NCBI GenBank assembly: GCA_002862715.1
Contig: PKDV01000067.1
Coordinates: 1-59,027 of the forward strand
DNA length: 59,027 nt
Reading direction: 5' to 3'
Origin: Flavobacteriaceae bacterium
Lineage (GTDB): Bacteria > Bacteroidota > Bacteroidia > Flavobacteriales > Flavobacteriaceae
The notes below the pieces were generated by a model. The model did not search any database. It worked only from the letters and a program-made list of their open reading frames with translations, and had not been told where the DNA came from. Numbering within the stretch: the first letter of the stretch is position 1; every line of letters starts with the position of its first letter. Shown one piece after another: positions 30,404-40,113 of this stretch. The translations under genes and the position numbers were made by a program.

Positions 30404-31399
30404 TTAAGAGTTATAAGCCCAAGTTAAGTAGGATGCCCCCCAGGTAAATCCTGCACCAAAGGCAGTAAATATTAATTTCTCATTTTTTTTAAAGTTTTTT
30501 CTATTATCCCAAAGAAGTAGCGGGAGTGTGGCCGCGGTGGTATTCCCGTATTTTTCAATATTGGTTAACATTTTTCCTGGAGCTAAATCTAAATTTCTAG
30601 CAATAGCATCCAAAATTCTTTTGTTGGCCTGATGAGGAACCACATAATCAATTTCATTTTTTTCAAGAGAATTTCTTTTCAATAATTTTGTAATGACTTC
30701 GGTCATATATGACACTGCAAATTTAAAAACAGGCCTTCCGTCTTGTTGCAAAAAGTGCTGCCTGTTCTCAATTGTTTGATTACTAGCCGGAAGCATTGAG
30801 CCACCAGCCTCGATTTTTAAAAAATTTCGTCCATTACCGTCAACTTTTAAAATTTCGTCTTTTAACCCATAGCCCTCATAATTTGGTTCAAAAAGAACTG
30901 CACCAGCGCCATCACCAAAAATTACACATGTTTTTCGATCTTCATAGTCTACAATTGAAGACATTTTATCAGCTCCAATTAAAAGTACTTTTCTATACCT
31001 ACCTGAACAAATGTGTGCGCAGGCAGCAGACATCCCAAAGAGAAATCCTGAGCAAGCACCTTGAATATCATAACCAAATGCATTGCTGGCACCAATCTCA
31101 GTCGCAACGAATGAAGCTGTAGATGAAACAGGCATATCAGGTGTAGCTGTTGAAACTATCACTAAATCTATAGAAGTTGGATCAACATCTTTTTCTTGCA
31201 AAAGCTTGTTAGCAGCATTAATTGCCATGAAGGAAGTTCCAAGCGATTTATCTTTTAATATTCTTCTTTCCTTTATTCCAGTCCTTGAAATAATCCATTC
31301 ATTATTTGTGTCAACCATTTTTTCCAAATCGAAATTTGTTAGAACAGTTTCTGGGACATATCCACCAACACTTGTTATAGCTGAAGTAATCGATTTCAT
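30404..31399 (-). CDS. fabH: 3-oxoacyl-ACP synthase III
   Basis: Active-site Cys motif [10 protein letters not shown] and the C-terminal GAGFTWGA motif. 331 aa. Confidence 0.95.
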   Translation of the reverse strand: MKSITSAITSVGGYVPETVLTNFDLEKMVDTNNEWIISRTGIKERRILKDKSLGTSFMAINAANKLLQEKDVDPTSIDLVIVSTATPDMPVSSTASFVATEIGASNAFGYDIQGACSGFLFGMSAACAHICSGRYRKVLLIGADKMSSIVDYEDRKTCVIFGDGAGAVLFEPNYEGYGLKDEILKVDGNGRNFLKIEAGGSMLPASNQTIENRQHFLQQDGRPVFKFAVSYMTEVITKLLKRNSLEKNEIDYVVPHQANKRILDAIARNLDLAPGKMLTNIEKYGNTTAATLPLLLWDNRKNFKKNEKLIFTAFGAGFTWGASYLTWAYNS

Positions 31400-31534
31400 A
31401 TTAAATTGTAGTTAATACAATTTTTAAATTTTCGCGAAAAATAGTAAAAAATGAACCATTTTGAGTAAAAAAAAGCCAAAAATTGCAAAAAAACACTGTT
31501 TTTTGACTAAAAATCGATTTTTTTAAAAAATCAA

Positions 31535-31729
31535 TTATTCTGATTTTTCAGTATTGTCTATGAGAATTTTTCCTTTATAATATAATTTTCCTTCATGCCA
31601 GTGAGCACGATGATAGAGGTGAGATTCTCCCGTAGTCTTACATGTAGCAATTTGTGGAACACTAGCTTTATAATGCGTTCGGCGTTTGTCACGTCTAGTT
31701 TTAGATATTTTACGTTTTGGGTGTGCCAT
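31535..31729 (-). CDS. rpmF: 50S ribosomal protein L32
   Basis: [22 protein letters not shown]-terminus. 64 aa. Sits downstream of the yceD-like gene. Confidence 0.95.
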   Translation of the reverse strand: MAHPKRKISKTRRDKRRTHYKASVPQIATCKTTGESHLYHRAHWHEGKLYYKGKILIDNTEKSE

Positions 31730-31731
31730 AA

Positions 31732-32271
31732 TTATTTTTTTAATTTTTTTAACTCATCCCATCTGGGATCTGTCTTTTTATTATCAATATTTTTCTTTAA
31801 TGGATGCAGATTTTCGAGAAATTTAAATACTTCTGACTTCAAAGAACCATCCACTACTCCAGGATGAATTCTTTTTTGTGGAACACTTAAAACAATTGTT
31901 TCAAATATTCTTTTAGACAAGTCGATTTCGTGTGAACCGTGAGGAAGAATTACTATGTTTTCACTCACATCATCAAATGAATCCCCATATTTAACTACAA
32001 AATCATGTTCAGGATTTATAAATAGCTCAAATGGTTCATTTGTAACATCACAATACAAACCCAATGTTCCTGCAATTGAAATATTAAACTCAAGTAAGGT
32101 TGCTTTTTTTTCAAGTTTCAAACAAACGGTTAGCTTTGAGCTTGAAAATTCCGCATAATTAAAAAAATCAAAGAACTCATGTAAAATTTCAAAGTCAAAT
32201 TTATGAGCGCCTTCTTTTAATCCAGAAAATGAAATCTTAAAAGTTGATATCGCTTTTTTTGACTTTTTCAT
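31732..32271 (-). CDS. YceD/DUF177-family protein
   Basis: Conserved position directly upstream of rpmF. I prefer the first ATG (32271, MKKSKK..., 179 aa) over the GTG at 32304. Confidence 0.7.
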   Translation of the reverse strand: MKKSKKAISTFKISFSGLKEGAHKFDFEILHEFFDFFNYAEFSSSKLTVCLKLEKKATLLEFNISIAGTLGLYCDVTNEPFELFINPEHDFVVKYGDSFDDVSENIVILPHGSHEIDLSKRIFETIVLSVPQKRIHPGVVDGSLKSEVFKFLENLHPLKKNIDNKKTDPRWDELKKLKK

Positions 32272-32312
32272 TTTAGAGGCCAAATATATAAAATTTGAAC
32301 TCACAAATAACT

Positions 32313-33296
32313 TTACTTTTTGTTATTCCAAATTTGACATGCTGATTTTACTGCTTTCAGGAATGAACTTTGGTTTGCAATGTTTTTACCGGCTATGTCA
32401 AATGCTGTACCATGGTCTGGAGAGGTTCTTACACTGGAAAGTCCAGCAGTGTAGTTTATTCCGTTTCCAAAGGATAAGGCTTTAAACCCTACAAGCCCTT
32501 GGTCGTGGTAGCACGAAAGAACACCATCAAAGTTTAAATAATTTTTTTGTCCAAAAAATCCGTCAGCAGAAAAAGGTCCTTTAATATTTAGCCCGATTTG
32601 ATTCAATTTATTTATTGTTGGGATAATTATTTTTTGCTCTTCCTCTCCTATAATTCCATTGTCACTTGCATGTGGATTCATACCCAAAATGGCCAACTTT
32701 GGGTTTTTAATTTTAAAATCGAGTTTAAGACTCCGATACAAAATCTTCACTTTTTTTTCTATTAATTCCTTACTAATTAACAAGGACACATTTTTTAGCG
32801 GTACATGATCTGTAAGTAATGCTATCCTCATTTTTTTGTTCATCAAAACCATTAAGGCCTCACCCCCCCAAATTTTAGCTAAATAATGAGTATGTCCTTT
32901 AAATGGAAAAAAATTGCTGTTTATTGAATTTTTATTTATCGGAGCTGTAACGAGCACGTCTGCTCGCGCATTATAAACATCTTTTGCTGCATTTTCTAGT
33001 GATATAAACGCGGCCATGCCAGCCTCCTTGGTAATATGACCAAACTTTAGTTCAGGGTTTTTTTCCCAAACATTTTTAATGTTTAACACATTTGTTTTAA
33101 AACCATTTTTTACTTTAAATAAATTAACTTTTGTTTTATAAATTTTCTGAAGTTTCTCAACAAAATCGTAATCACAGTATAGTACAGGTGTACAGATTTT
33201 AAATAATTCTTTTGACTCAAATGACTTGAGAATTATTTCAGTTCCAATTCCGTTAGTATCACCAACAGAAATTGCTACAACAGGTAAATCTGACAT
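32313..33296 (-). CDS. pdxA: 4-hydroxythreonine-4-phosphate dehydrogenase
   Basis: GDTNGIG N-terminal motif and the SPDHGTAFDIAGK motif. 327 aa. Confidence 0.92.
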   Translation of the reverse strand: MSDLPVVAISVGDTNGIGTEIILKSFESKELFKICTPVLYCDYDFVEKLQKIYKTKVNLFKVKNGFKTNVLNIKNVWEKNPELKFGHITKEAGMAAFISLENAAKDVYNARADVLVTAPINKNSINSNFFPFKGHTHYLAKIWGGEALMVLMNKKMRIALLTDHVPLKNVSLLISKELIEKKVKILYRSLKLDFKIKNPKLAILGMNPHASDNGIIGEEEQKIIIPTINKLNQIGLNIKGPFSADGFFGQKNYLNFDGVLSCYHDQGLVGFKALSFGNGINYTAGLSSVRTSPDHGTAFDIAGKNIANQSSFLKAVKSACQIWNNKK

Positions 33297-33301
33297 TTAT
33301 G

Positions 33302-33309
33302 TATTTTTG
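33302..33309 (+). promoter_or_regulatory. Candidate -7 promoter box (TATTTTTG) for ribE
   Basis: Exact TAnnTTTG match, 28 nt upstream of the ribE ATG. Confidence 0.35.
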
Positions 33310-33336
33310 TCGAGTAAAGTTACTGATTAACACATT

Positions 33337-33918
33337 ATGTTTACTGGGATAATAGAAACACTTGGGAAAATCGAGAAAATTGAAAAAGACAAGGATAATA
33401 TAAACTTCTCTTTTTCAAGCTCGATAACTAATGAACTTAAAATTGATCAAAGCCTTTCTCATGACGGAGTATGCTTAACTGTTGTTAATATTCAGGATAA
33501 TCAATACACCGTTACAGCAATTCAAGAAACATTAAATAGATCTGCATTGAAAAACTGGAGTGTAGGTGCTAAAGTTAATTTAGAAAGAGCACTAAAACTT
33601 GGAGATAGACTAGATGGACACATGGTACAAGGCCATGTCGACGAAGTGGCAAAATGTGAGAGTATTGAGGAAATGGGAGGTAGTTGGATTTTCAAGTTTT
33701 CTTATAACAATTTATCAAAAAACATAACTGTTGAAAAAGGATCTATATGTATAAATGGCACTAGTTTAACGATTGTTGAATCAAACCCCTTTTCGTTTTC
33801 TGTGGCAATAATACCATACACTTACACGAACACAACTTTTCACATTCTTAAAGCTGGTGATTTGGTAAATATTGAGTTCGATATGATTGGCAAGTATATT
33901 GCAAAAATTATTAAATAA
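33337..33918 (+). CDS. ribE: Riboflavin synthase (alpha chain)
   Basis: MFTGIIE N-terminus and duplicated lumazine-binding barrel repeats (SHDGVCLTV / CINGTSLTI). 193 aa. Confidence 0.93.
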   Translation: MFTGIIETLGKIEKIEKDKDNINFSFSSSITNELKIDQSLSHDGVCLTVVNIQDNQYTVTAIQETLNRSALKNWSVGAKVNLERALKLGDRLDGHMVQGHVDEVAKCESIEEMGGSWIFKFSYNNLSKNITVEKGSICINGTSLTIVESNPFSFSVAIIPYTYTNTTFHILKAGDLVNIEFDMIGKYIAKIIK

Positions 33919-33954
33919 TTATGCCATTCATTATCAAATTCACAAAAATTTAAT

Positions 33955-33995
33955 AAATACTTAAATTTTTATAAATGTTTAAGTAGTATTTTTTA
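33955..33995 (+). terminator. Weak AT-rich hairpin plus T-run after ribE
   Basis: Arms TACTTAAA (33958-33965) and TTTAAGTA (33978-33985), followed by GTATTTTTT. All-AT stem, so low confidence. Confidence 0.25.
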
Positions 33996-34047
33996 CTTTA
34001 ATATTGCTTTTAGTATTCAAAAAAACATAAACTTTAAAAATTATTTT

Positions 34048-35757
34048 ATGAAAAAACTTTACTTTCTTTTTACATTAATGTTTGCTTTTTCCATCCAATC
34101 ACAGGTAATAATCACCGAAATCGCCGATCCTAATAATGATTATCAGGCAAGATTTATAGAACTAACCAACATTGGCGACAGTGCTTTCGATTTGACAGGA
34201 TATCAGCTTGTAAGATGGACTAACGCAAATACCGCTTACACTACAAGTTCAGCTGTCGATCTCTCTGAGTTTGGCTCACTGCAGTCTAAAGGAATTTTAA
34301 CTCTTGCAAATAACACAAAGTTTGAAACTGTTTATGGTGTTGCCCCAACCAAAGTTGTTGGTTCAGGCGGACCAGCAGATTCGAACGGAGATGACAATAT
34401 TGCAATATTGGACCCTAATGGAAGCATTTACGATATTTATGGTGTCCCTGGAACTGACGGGACCGGTCAACCTCACGAATTTGAAGATGGTAGAGCCGAA
34501 CGAAAAGGGTCTGTTACTGCTCCATCTTCAACTTGGGATTTAAACGAGTGGAACATTGACAATGACGCAGGCGCGGGGGATGGCGCTTTAGACGCACCAT
34601 CAGGATATGATCCAGGTAGCTGGATAGGTTTTTCTGACAACACCTCACCGTCTCTAAGTTTTTCTTCACCAAATAATAATTCGACTATTTATGAAAATCA
34701 ACTTGATGTAGTACTTTCTATTGAGAACTTTAATGTCAGTAATTCCAATGGCGACGGGCACATTCATTACACTTTGGATTCAGGAAATTTAGTAATGAAA
34801 TACGATACCAACCCAATTTCGTTGTCATCATTGAGCGAGGGTAATCATACTCTTGTAGTGAGTTTGGTAGATAATTCACACAACGCACTAAACCCACCTG
34901 TTGAATCAACATTAAATTTTCAAGTGGATATTCCTACCCAAGTATCAAACATTGGTGAGTTAAGAACCTCAGCTGAGGGAGAGGCTTATGAAATATCAGG
35001 AGAAATTATTTTAACATATCAGCAGGGCTTTAGAAACACTAAAATTTTACAGGATGCAACAGGTGGAATTCATATTGATGACAACTCTGGCGTAATAACC
35101 AGTGCTTATAATTTAGGTGATGGGATAACAGGACTTGTTGGAAATTTGTCAAGTTATGGCGGCTTACTGCAATTTGTTCCAATTAAAGATGCGGGGTCAG
35201 CCACTAGCACCTCTAATCAAGTAACACCAGTGACATTAACATTATCACAGCTGGCAGCTTCAGCAAATGACTATGAGAGTCAATTAGTTAAGATAGAAGG
35301 AGTTACAATTACAGGAAATTCAGGCGAAACTACTTTTATTAATGGTAAAGTTTATACCCTTACTCAAGGCTCTGACACCTTTGCGTTAAGAACAAGCTTT
35401 TACAATTTCAATGGAGAAAATTTACCAACTTCGGCTTTTGATATTGTTGGAATAATAAGCGAAAGATCAGATGTTGGTTTACATTTGGTCCCCAGAAACT
35501 ATAGCGATACAACACTATCAATTGATAATATTGATGTTTCAGTTGTGAATGTATATCCTAATCCCGTAGAAACGTCTTTGTATTTTAGTGGTTTAAATGA
35601 AATATCTAGGGTTACATTGTATGATTTGACAGGAAAATTACATTTAGAGGCTACAACCAACAGTAGTTTAGATTTAAGTAGCCTTAAAAAAGGCATTTAT
35701 ATTCTAAAACTTGACAACACAAAATCATCAAACATTTATAAAATAGTAAAACAATAA
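34048..35757 (+). CDS. Secreted lamin-tail-domain (LTD) protein with T9SS C-terminal sorting domain
   Basis: Signal peptide and an LTD-like N-domain (IITEIADPNNDYQARFIELTNIGDSAFDLTGYQLVRW). C-terminal VYPNPVETSLYF...GIYILKL...IVKQ is a T9SS CTD. No catalytic domain recognised. Confidence 0.7.
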   Translation: MKKLYFLFTLMFAFSIQSQVIITEIADPNNDYQARFIELTNIGDSAFDLTGYQLVRWTNANTAYTTSSAVDLSEFGSLQSKGILTLANNTKFETVYGVAPTKVVGSGGPADSNGDDNIAILDPNGSIYDIYGVPGTDGTGQPHEFEDGRAERKGSVTAPSSTWDLNEWNIDNDAGAGDGALDAPSGYDPGSWIGFSDNTSPSLSFSSPNNNSTIYENQLDVVLSIENFNVSNSNGDGHIHYTLDSGNLVMKYDTNPISLSSLSEGNHTLVVSLVDNSHNALNPPVESTLNFQVDIPTQVSNIGELRTSAEGEAYEISGEIILTYQQGFRNTKILQDATGGIHIDDNSGVITSAYNLGDGITGLVGNLSSYGGLLQFVPIKDAGSATSTSNQVTPVTLTLSQLAASANDYESQLVKIEGVTITGNSGETTFINGKVYTLTQGSDTFALRTSFYNFNGENLPTSAFDIVGIISERSDVGLHLVPRNYSDTTLSIDNIDVSVVNVYPNPVETSLYFSGLNEISRVTLYDLTGKLHLEATTNSSLDLSSLKKGIYILKLDNTKSSNIYKIVKQ

Positions 35758-35776
35758 ATTATTAGGTACTTAATGA

Positions 35777-35804
35777 AAAAAAGCGCTCCACAGAGCGCTT
35801 TTTT
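35777..35804. terminator. Bidirectional rho-independent terminator
   Basis: 12-bp stem AAAAAAGCGCTC / GAGCGCTTTTTT with loop CACA, flanked by an A-run and a T-run. It lies between convergent genes and overlaps the minus-gene stop codon by 2 nt. Confidence 0.85.
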
Positions 35805-36999
35805 ATTTCATTTGATACAACCAGCTGGCAGGGTTTTGAGGGGTTGTGTTTTGAAAAAGGCTGAATTGTAATACTGTTCTATTGTTTTCATTGTTTGTGA
35901 AAACGATGCCTATGGGTTGTTTAGATTTAACATTATCTCCCTTCTTTACATAAACCCTACTTAAATTTTTATAGCTTGTGATGTAGTTACCGTGTTGGAT
36001 TAATACAATTGGATTGCTCCCTTTAAACTGAACAATATTTAAAACTTTCCCTTTAAAAACACTTCTAGCCTCACTTCCGGGGGGAACTGAAATTGATACA
36101 CCATTACTTTTTATTGTTGTGGTTCTTACAACAGGATGTCTTTGAGTACCAAACCTTTGGCTTACGACACCTTTCTCAACGGGCCAGGGTAATTTTCCTC
36201 TATTTGAGGAGAAACTTGCTGCAAGTGCTTTTGCTTCAGGAGTTAATATAAAATTAAGTGAACTTTTTCCAGCTTTTTTGTTGGAAGCAGCAATTGCCTC
36301 TCTAATAATTCTATTTATTTCTTTATCAATAGCATCACTTTGTTTTTGTTTTTTAATTATTTGAAGTGAGTAGCCTTTCTCCTTCCTTTTAAGTTCATCA
36401 ACCAATTTATTTTGTTCTATTTTAATTGTATCTAGCTCTTGCTGAGCCATCCTATTTGTTATTATTAGTTGTTCTTTTTCCTTTCTTTTTTTAACAAGCT
36501 CTGCATTGTATTGTTGAAGTGTAATTGTCTTTTCTTTGATTTGAGTTCCTTGTTTTTTTCTGTAGGACGCATATTGTTTCATATATGAAATACGCTTGTA
36601 GGCTTGCCAAAAGTTTCTGGAAGAAAGTATAAACATTAGTTTGTTTTGAGTTGATTGATTTTTTCTAGACGTAACTATCATTTCTGCATAATCAGTTTTT
36701 AATTTTTCAAGTTCAGTTCTTAATTTTTCGATATTTCTCAAATTAATATTAATATCTTGAGTTAAATTGTTTATTTGTGTATTTGTAAGCTTAATCAATG
36801 CGTCCTGACGATCCATTTTTAGCTGAATACTTTCAACTTTGGTTAAAACATTTACTCTTTTTTTTGTGTTTGAACTTATAAGTGAATTAATTTGGACTAT
36901 TTCTTGTTGAAGTTTCTTTTTTTGGAGTTCTAGTTCAGCTCTTTTGTTCTGGCTGAAACAAAAAATTGGCAATAAAACAAGCATCAAGAAGTATCTCAT
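35803..36999 (-). CDS. EnvC-like murein hydrolase activator (coiled coil plus degenerate LytM domain)
   Basis: Signal peptide and about 250 aa of heptad-rich coiled coil. The C-terminal LytM fold has the HxxxD position replaced (NGVSISV), as in non-catalytic EnvC-type activators. Confidence 0.75.
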   Translation of the reverse strand: MRYFLMLVLLPIFCFSQNKRAELELQKKKLQQEIVQINSLISSNTKKRVNVLTKVESIQLKMDRQDALIKLTNTQINNLTQDININLRNIEKLRTELEKLKTDYAEMIVTSRKNQSTQNKLMFILSSRNFWQAYKRISYMKQYASYRKKQGTQIKEKTITLQQYNAELVKKRKEKEQLIITNRMAQQELDTIKIEQNKLVDELKRKEKGYSLQIIKKQKQSDAIDKEINRIIREAIAASNKKAGKSSLNFILTPEAKALAASFSSNRGKLPWPVEKGVVSQRFGTQRHPVVRTTTIKSNGVSISVPPGSEARSVFKGKVLNIVQFKGSNPIVLIQHGNYITSYKNLSRVYVKKGDNVKSKQPIGIVFTNNENNRTVLQFSLFQNTTPQNPASWLYQMK

Positions 37000-37754
37000 A
37001 ATATTTCAATTTTATTGTAATCTGATGGAACATTGAAATTCATATCAAAGGTTTCATTAATTCCAGTATTGTTGGATCTTAAAGTAAGATTATATTTTTG
37101 TTTTTTATTTTCAATAGAAATCTCAATAAAATTTGGAATCAATTCTTTATCAATTAATTCATATGAGTCATACACAACTCTAATTACAGAACTTTTCCAA
37201 CCAACACTTTGCTCAATTAGTCTAAAGCTTGAATCGTAATAAAAATTAATTCGCAACTCACTGTTTTCATTAACCAATACATATTTATTTTCTTCAAAAA
37301 ACAGTTTTGAAGAATTGAAATATTTTTTGTCATACGGTTTACCCAAAAGAATAGACTCTAAATTTTTATAATTAATGTTGATTCCAAATAATTTTTTTAT
37401 CTGTTCATAGCTGATTGAGGTGTATTGTTTGTTAAGTTTTTCATAAAAACCAATGTCCACGGGGGAAATAAGTAATTTGAAAATGGGGAGTATTATTGAA
37501 CCGTCAATTTGAATACCTTGTTTTTTTTTATACTTAAGATTGAAGTTTAACCCCTGAGTTTTATTGCCAAATAAAAACACAGCATTCCCCTTTTTTGTAA
37601 GTGAATTAATTTGATTATAAGTTTCAGTTATATTTTTTTTTACAGAACGTTCAGTTAGATTTAGATTCAACTTACTTTCATCAAAAATAAAAGAAGGCGT
37701 TTTACATCCTAGAATCAAGAAAACAAGAGTTATGAAAGAAAAAGATTTAGACAT
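36996..37754 (-). CDS. DUF4292-like lipoprotein
   Basis: Lipobox LILGC, 252 aa. ATGA-coupled to the EnvC-like gene. The family assignment comes from recalled Bacteroidota synteny, not from a motif. Confidence 0.5.
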   Translation of the reverse strand: MSKSFSFITLVFLILGCKTPSFIFDESKLNLNLTERSVKKNITETYNQINSLTKKGNAVFLFGNKTQGLNFNLKYKKKQGIQIDGSIILPIFKLLISPVDIGFYEKLNKQYTSISYEQIKKLFGININYKNLESILLGKPYDKKYFNSSKLFFEENKYVLVNENSELRINFYYDSSFRLIEQSVGWKSSVIRVVYDSYELIDKELIPNFIEISIENKKQKYNLTLRSNNTGINETFDMNFNVPSDYNKIEIL

Positions 37755-37757
37755 TCC

Positions 37758-38771
37758 TTAGTCTAATTTTGAAAAATCCCCAATACTAATTTGTGTAAAA
37801 TCCCCATTATAAATTACATTATTGCCAATCATAGAATTTGAAAAATTTGCATTCTTTATTTGAGAGTTTTTTTGAATTATAGAGTTTTTAATTAGACAGT
37901 TATCAATTATGCTACCATCGTTTATAGATACATGAGGTCCTATGGTGCTATTTATTAGTTCAACACCATTTCCAATAAAGCAAGGTTCAATAATTTTACT
38001 TTCAATTGATGAAAAAGAACCTTTTAGATTCTCCTGGTCGTTGTATAGAAAATCGAGCATTTTTTGATTTGTTTCAATGGTAACTTTTGGATTCCCACAA
38101 TCCATCCATTCATTAACCTCACCAACGGTAAATATTTTGTTGTTTTTAATCATCATTTCAATACCATCATTAATTAAGAATTCACGACCAGTAGATATAA
38201 TTTTTTTTTGTAAAACTTGCAAGCAATCTTTAAGTTCTGAAATTTCTTTAAAATAGTAAATTCCAATAGCAGCAAGTCTCGAAACAATTTTTTTTGGTTT
38301 TTCAATTAATTCGATTATGTGGTTGTTTTGATTTAGCTTAACAACTCCAAATTGACTTGGATCCTCCACTTCTTTTACCCATATTACTCCATCAGAATCC
38401 AAATTCAGCTTTAAGTCAGCCCTAATTAACGTGTCTGCATATGCAACAATTGCTGGACCTGAAAGGGATGATTTTGCGCACATTACAGCATGTCCTGTTC
38501 CAAGAGGCTCAAGTTGTCTGTAAATTTTTGTTTTTGCTCCAATACTTTCTGAAAGTTTTGTTAAAGAATCGACAACATCATCTCCAAAATATGCTGAATC
38601 ACCAATGATGTAAGCTATTTCATCAACTTTAGTGGCCAATACCCTACTTATATCTTTGACAAGTCTATTTACAATAGGAACCCCAGCTACAGGCACCAGA
38701 GGCTTTGGAGTTGTTAATGTATGAGGCCTTAGCCTTGAACCTCTTCCAGCCATTGGAACAATTATTTTCAT
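37758..38771 (-). CDS. Sugar-phosphate nucleotidyltransferase with C-terminal left-handed beta-helix
   Basis: N-terminal MKIIVPMAGRGSRLRP (GxGxR NTP-transferase motif) and C-terminal hexapeptide-like repeats. 337 aa. The sugar is unknown. Confidence 0.75.
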   Translation of the reverse strand: MKIIVPMAGRGSRLRPHTLTTPKPLVPVAGVPIVNRLVKDISRVLATKVDEIAYIIGDSAYFGDDVVDSLTKLSESIGAKTKIYRQLEPLGTGHAVMCAKSSLSGPAIVAYADTLIRADLKLNLDSDGVIWVKEVEDPSQFGVVKLNQNNHIIELIEKPKKIVSRLAAIGIYYFKEISELKDCLQVLQKKIISTGREFLINDGIEMMIKNNKIFTVGEVNEWMDCGNPKVTIETNQKMLDFLYNDQENLKGSFSSIESKIIEPCFIGNGVELINSTIGPHVSINDGSIIDNCLIKNSIIQKNSQIKNANFSNSMIGNNVIYNGDFTQISIGDFSKLD

Positions 38772-38774
38772 AGT

Positions 38775-39206
38775 TTATTTACCTGTACTTCCAAACCCAT
38801 CACTTCCTCTTGATGTTTCGCTGAGCGAATCAACTTCGACCCAAGAGATTCTTTCATATTTTGAAATAACAAGTTGGGCAATTCTATCTCCATCGTTAAT
38901 TTCGAAATTATTATTTGATAAATTTATTAATATTATACCAATCTCGCCTCTGTAATCTGCATCAATTGTTCCGGGAGAATTTAAAATTGTTATGCCTTTT
39001 TTTAGTGACAATCCACTTCGTGGCCTAACCTGTGCTTCGTAACCATTTGGAAGTTCAACGAAAAGGCCTGTTTTAATTAATGTTCTTTCTAACGGCTTTA
39101 GAATAATTGGACTTGTAAGGAAAGCTCTAATATCCATCCCTGCAGAATTTTTAGTTTCATATTTTGGAGTGACATGTCTTGAGCGATTGATAATTTTTAT
39201 TTCCAT
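38775..39206 (-). CDS. dut: dUTP diphosphatase
   Basis: [11 protein letters not shown] and [10 protein letters not shown] motifs. 143 aa. Confidence 0.95.
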   Translation of the reverse strand: MEIKIINRSRHVTPKYETKNSAGMDIRAFLTSPIILKPLERTLIKTGLFVELPNGYEAQVRPRSGLSLKKGITILNSPGTIDADYRGEIGIILINLSNNNFEINDGDRIAQLVISKYERISWVEVDSLSETSRGSDGFGSTGK

Positions 39207-39256
39207 TATGAAGTTATAATTAAAACTTTTTTATTTGACTCAAAATTCAAATCGCA

Positions 39257-40111
39257 CTAATTTTTCAAAGCTTCTGCACCACCAACAATTTCAAGAATTT
39301 CGTTGGTAATTGATGCTTGTCGAGCTTTGTTATAAGTAAGCTTAAGTTGGTCTCTTAGTTCAGTAGCATTATCCGTTGCTTTATGCATTGCAGTCATTCT
39401 AGCTCCGTGCTCGCTTGCAAATGAATCCCTTATGGCTTTAAAAAGCTGTATTTTGAGAGTTTTGGGTATAAGACTGGATAATACTTTATTAATTTCAGGC
39501 TCAAAAATATAGTCTTTTTTATCGATGTTTTTTTCAGCCTTAGGAATTAAAGGAAGAAATTGCTCAAATTCTACGATTTGTGTCGCCGCATTTTTGAATT
39601 TGTTGTAAACAAGATAAACTTTGTCGTATTTATTATCCAAAAATCCTTCTACGATTTTTTCTGAAATTATTGAAGAATTTTTAAAACTCAAGTCATCATA
39701 TATTTCTGTGTAATGACTTTTAATATCAAATTCTTTTTTTAGAGCGTCGTTCCCCTTTTTCCCAATTGTTAAAATGGAAACATTTGTATCATCAATAGAA
39801 GCGCGTTCCTTTACTGCTTTTACTATATTAGAATTAAATCCACCACATAAACCTCTGTTTGATGTTATTGTAACAAGCAATGTATTTCTTATTTCTCTAT
39901 TTTTCAAGAACGGACTTTGAAAATCATCTTGAACATTTTGACTTAAGTTTTGTAAAAGTTGGGTTAATTTTTCAGAATATGGTCTCATGGCAATTATAGC
40001 ATCTTGAGCTTTTTTTAATTTTGCTGCAGAAACCATTTTCATTGCACTTGTAATCTGCATGGTTGAATTAACAGAGCTTATTCTACTACGAATTTCTTTT
40101 AGATTTGCCAT
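39257..40111 (-). CDS. atpG: F0F1 ATP synthase subunit gamma
   Basis: MANLKEIRSRI N-terminus and ITNEILEIVGGAEAL C-terminus. Follows atpA. Confidence 0.95.
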   Translation of the reverse strand: MANLKEIRSRISSVNSTMQITSAMKMVSAAKLKKAQDAIIAMRPYSEKLTQLLQNLSQNVQDDFQSPFLKNREIRNTLLVTITSNRGLCGGFNSNIVKAVKERASIDDTNVSILTIGKKGNDALKKEFDIKSHYTEIYDDLSFKNSSIISEKIVEGFLDNKYDKVYLVYNKFKNAATQIVEFEQFLPLIPKAEKNIDKKDYIFEPEINKVLSSLIPKTLKIQLFKAIRDSFASEHGARMTAMHKATDNATELRDQLKLTYNKARQASITNEILEIVGGAEALKN

Positions 40112-40113
40112 TG

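Noticed and set aside
33297-33336. Looked for riboswitches upstream of ribE (FMN), the Cys/Met PLP enzyme gene (SAM, 2377-2445), purD, and the TBDRs (cobalamin).
   Set aside because: The leaders are only 27-82 nt, AT-rich and without conserved riboswitch cores. They are too short to hold these aptamers.
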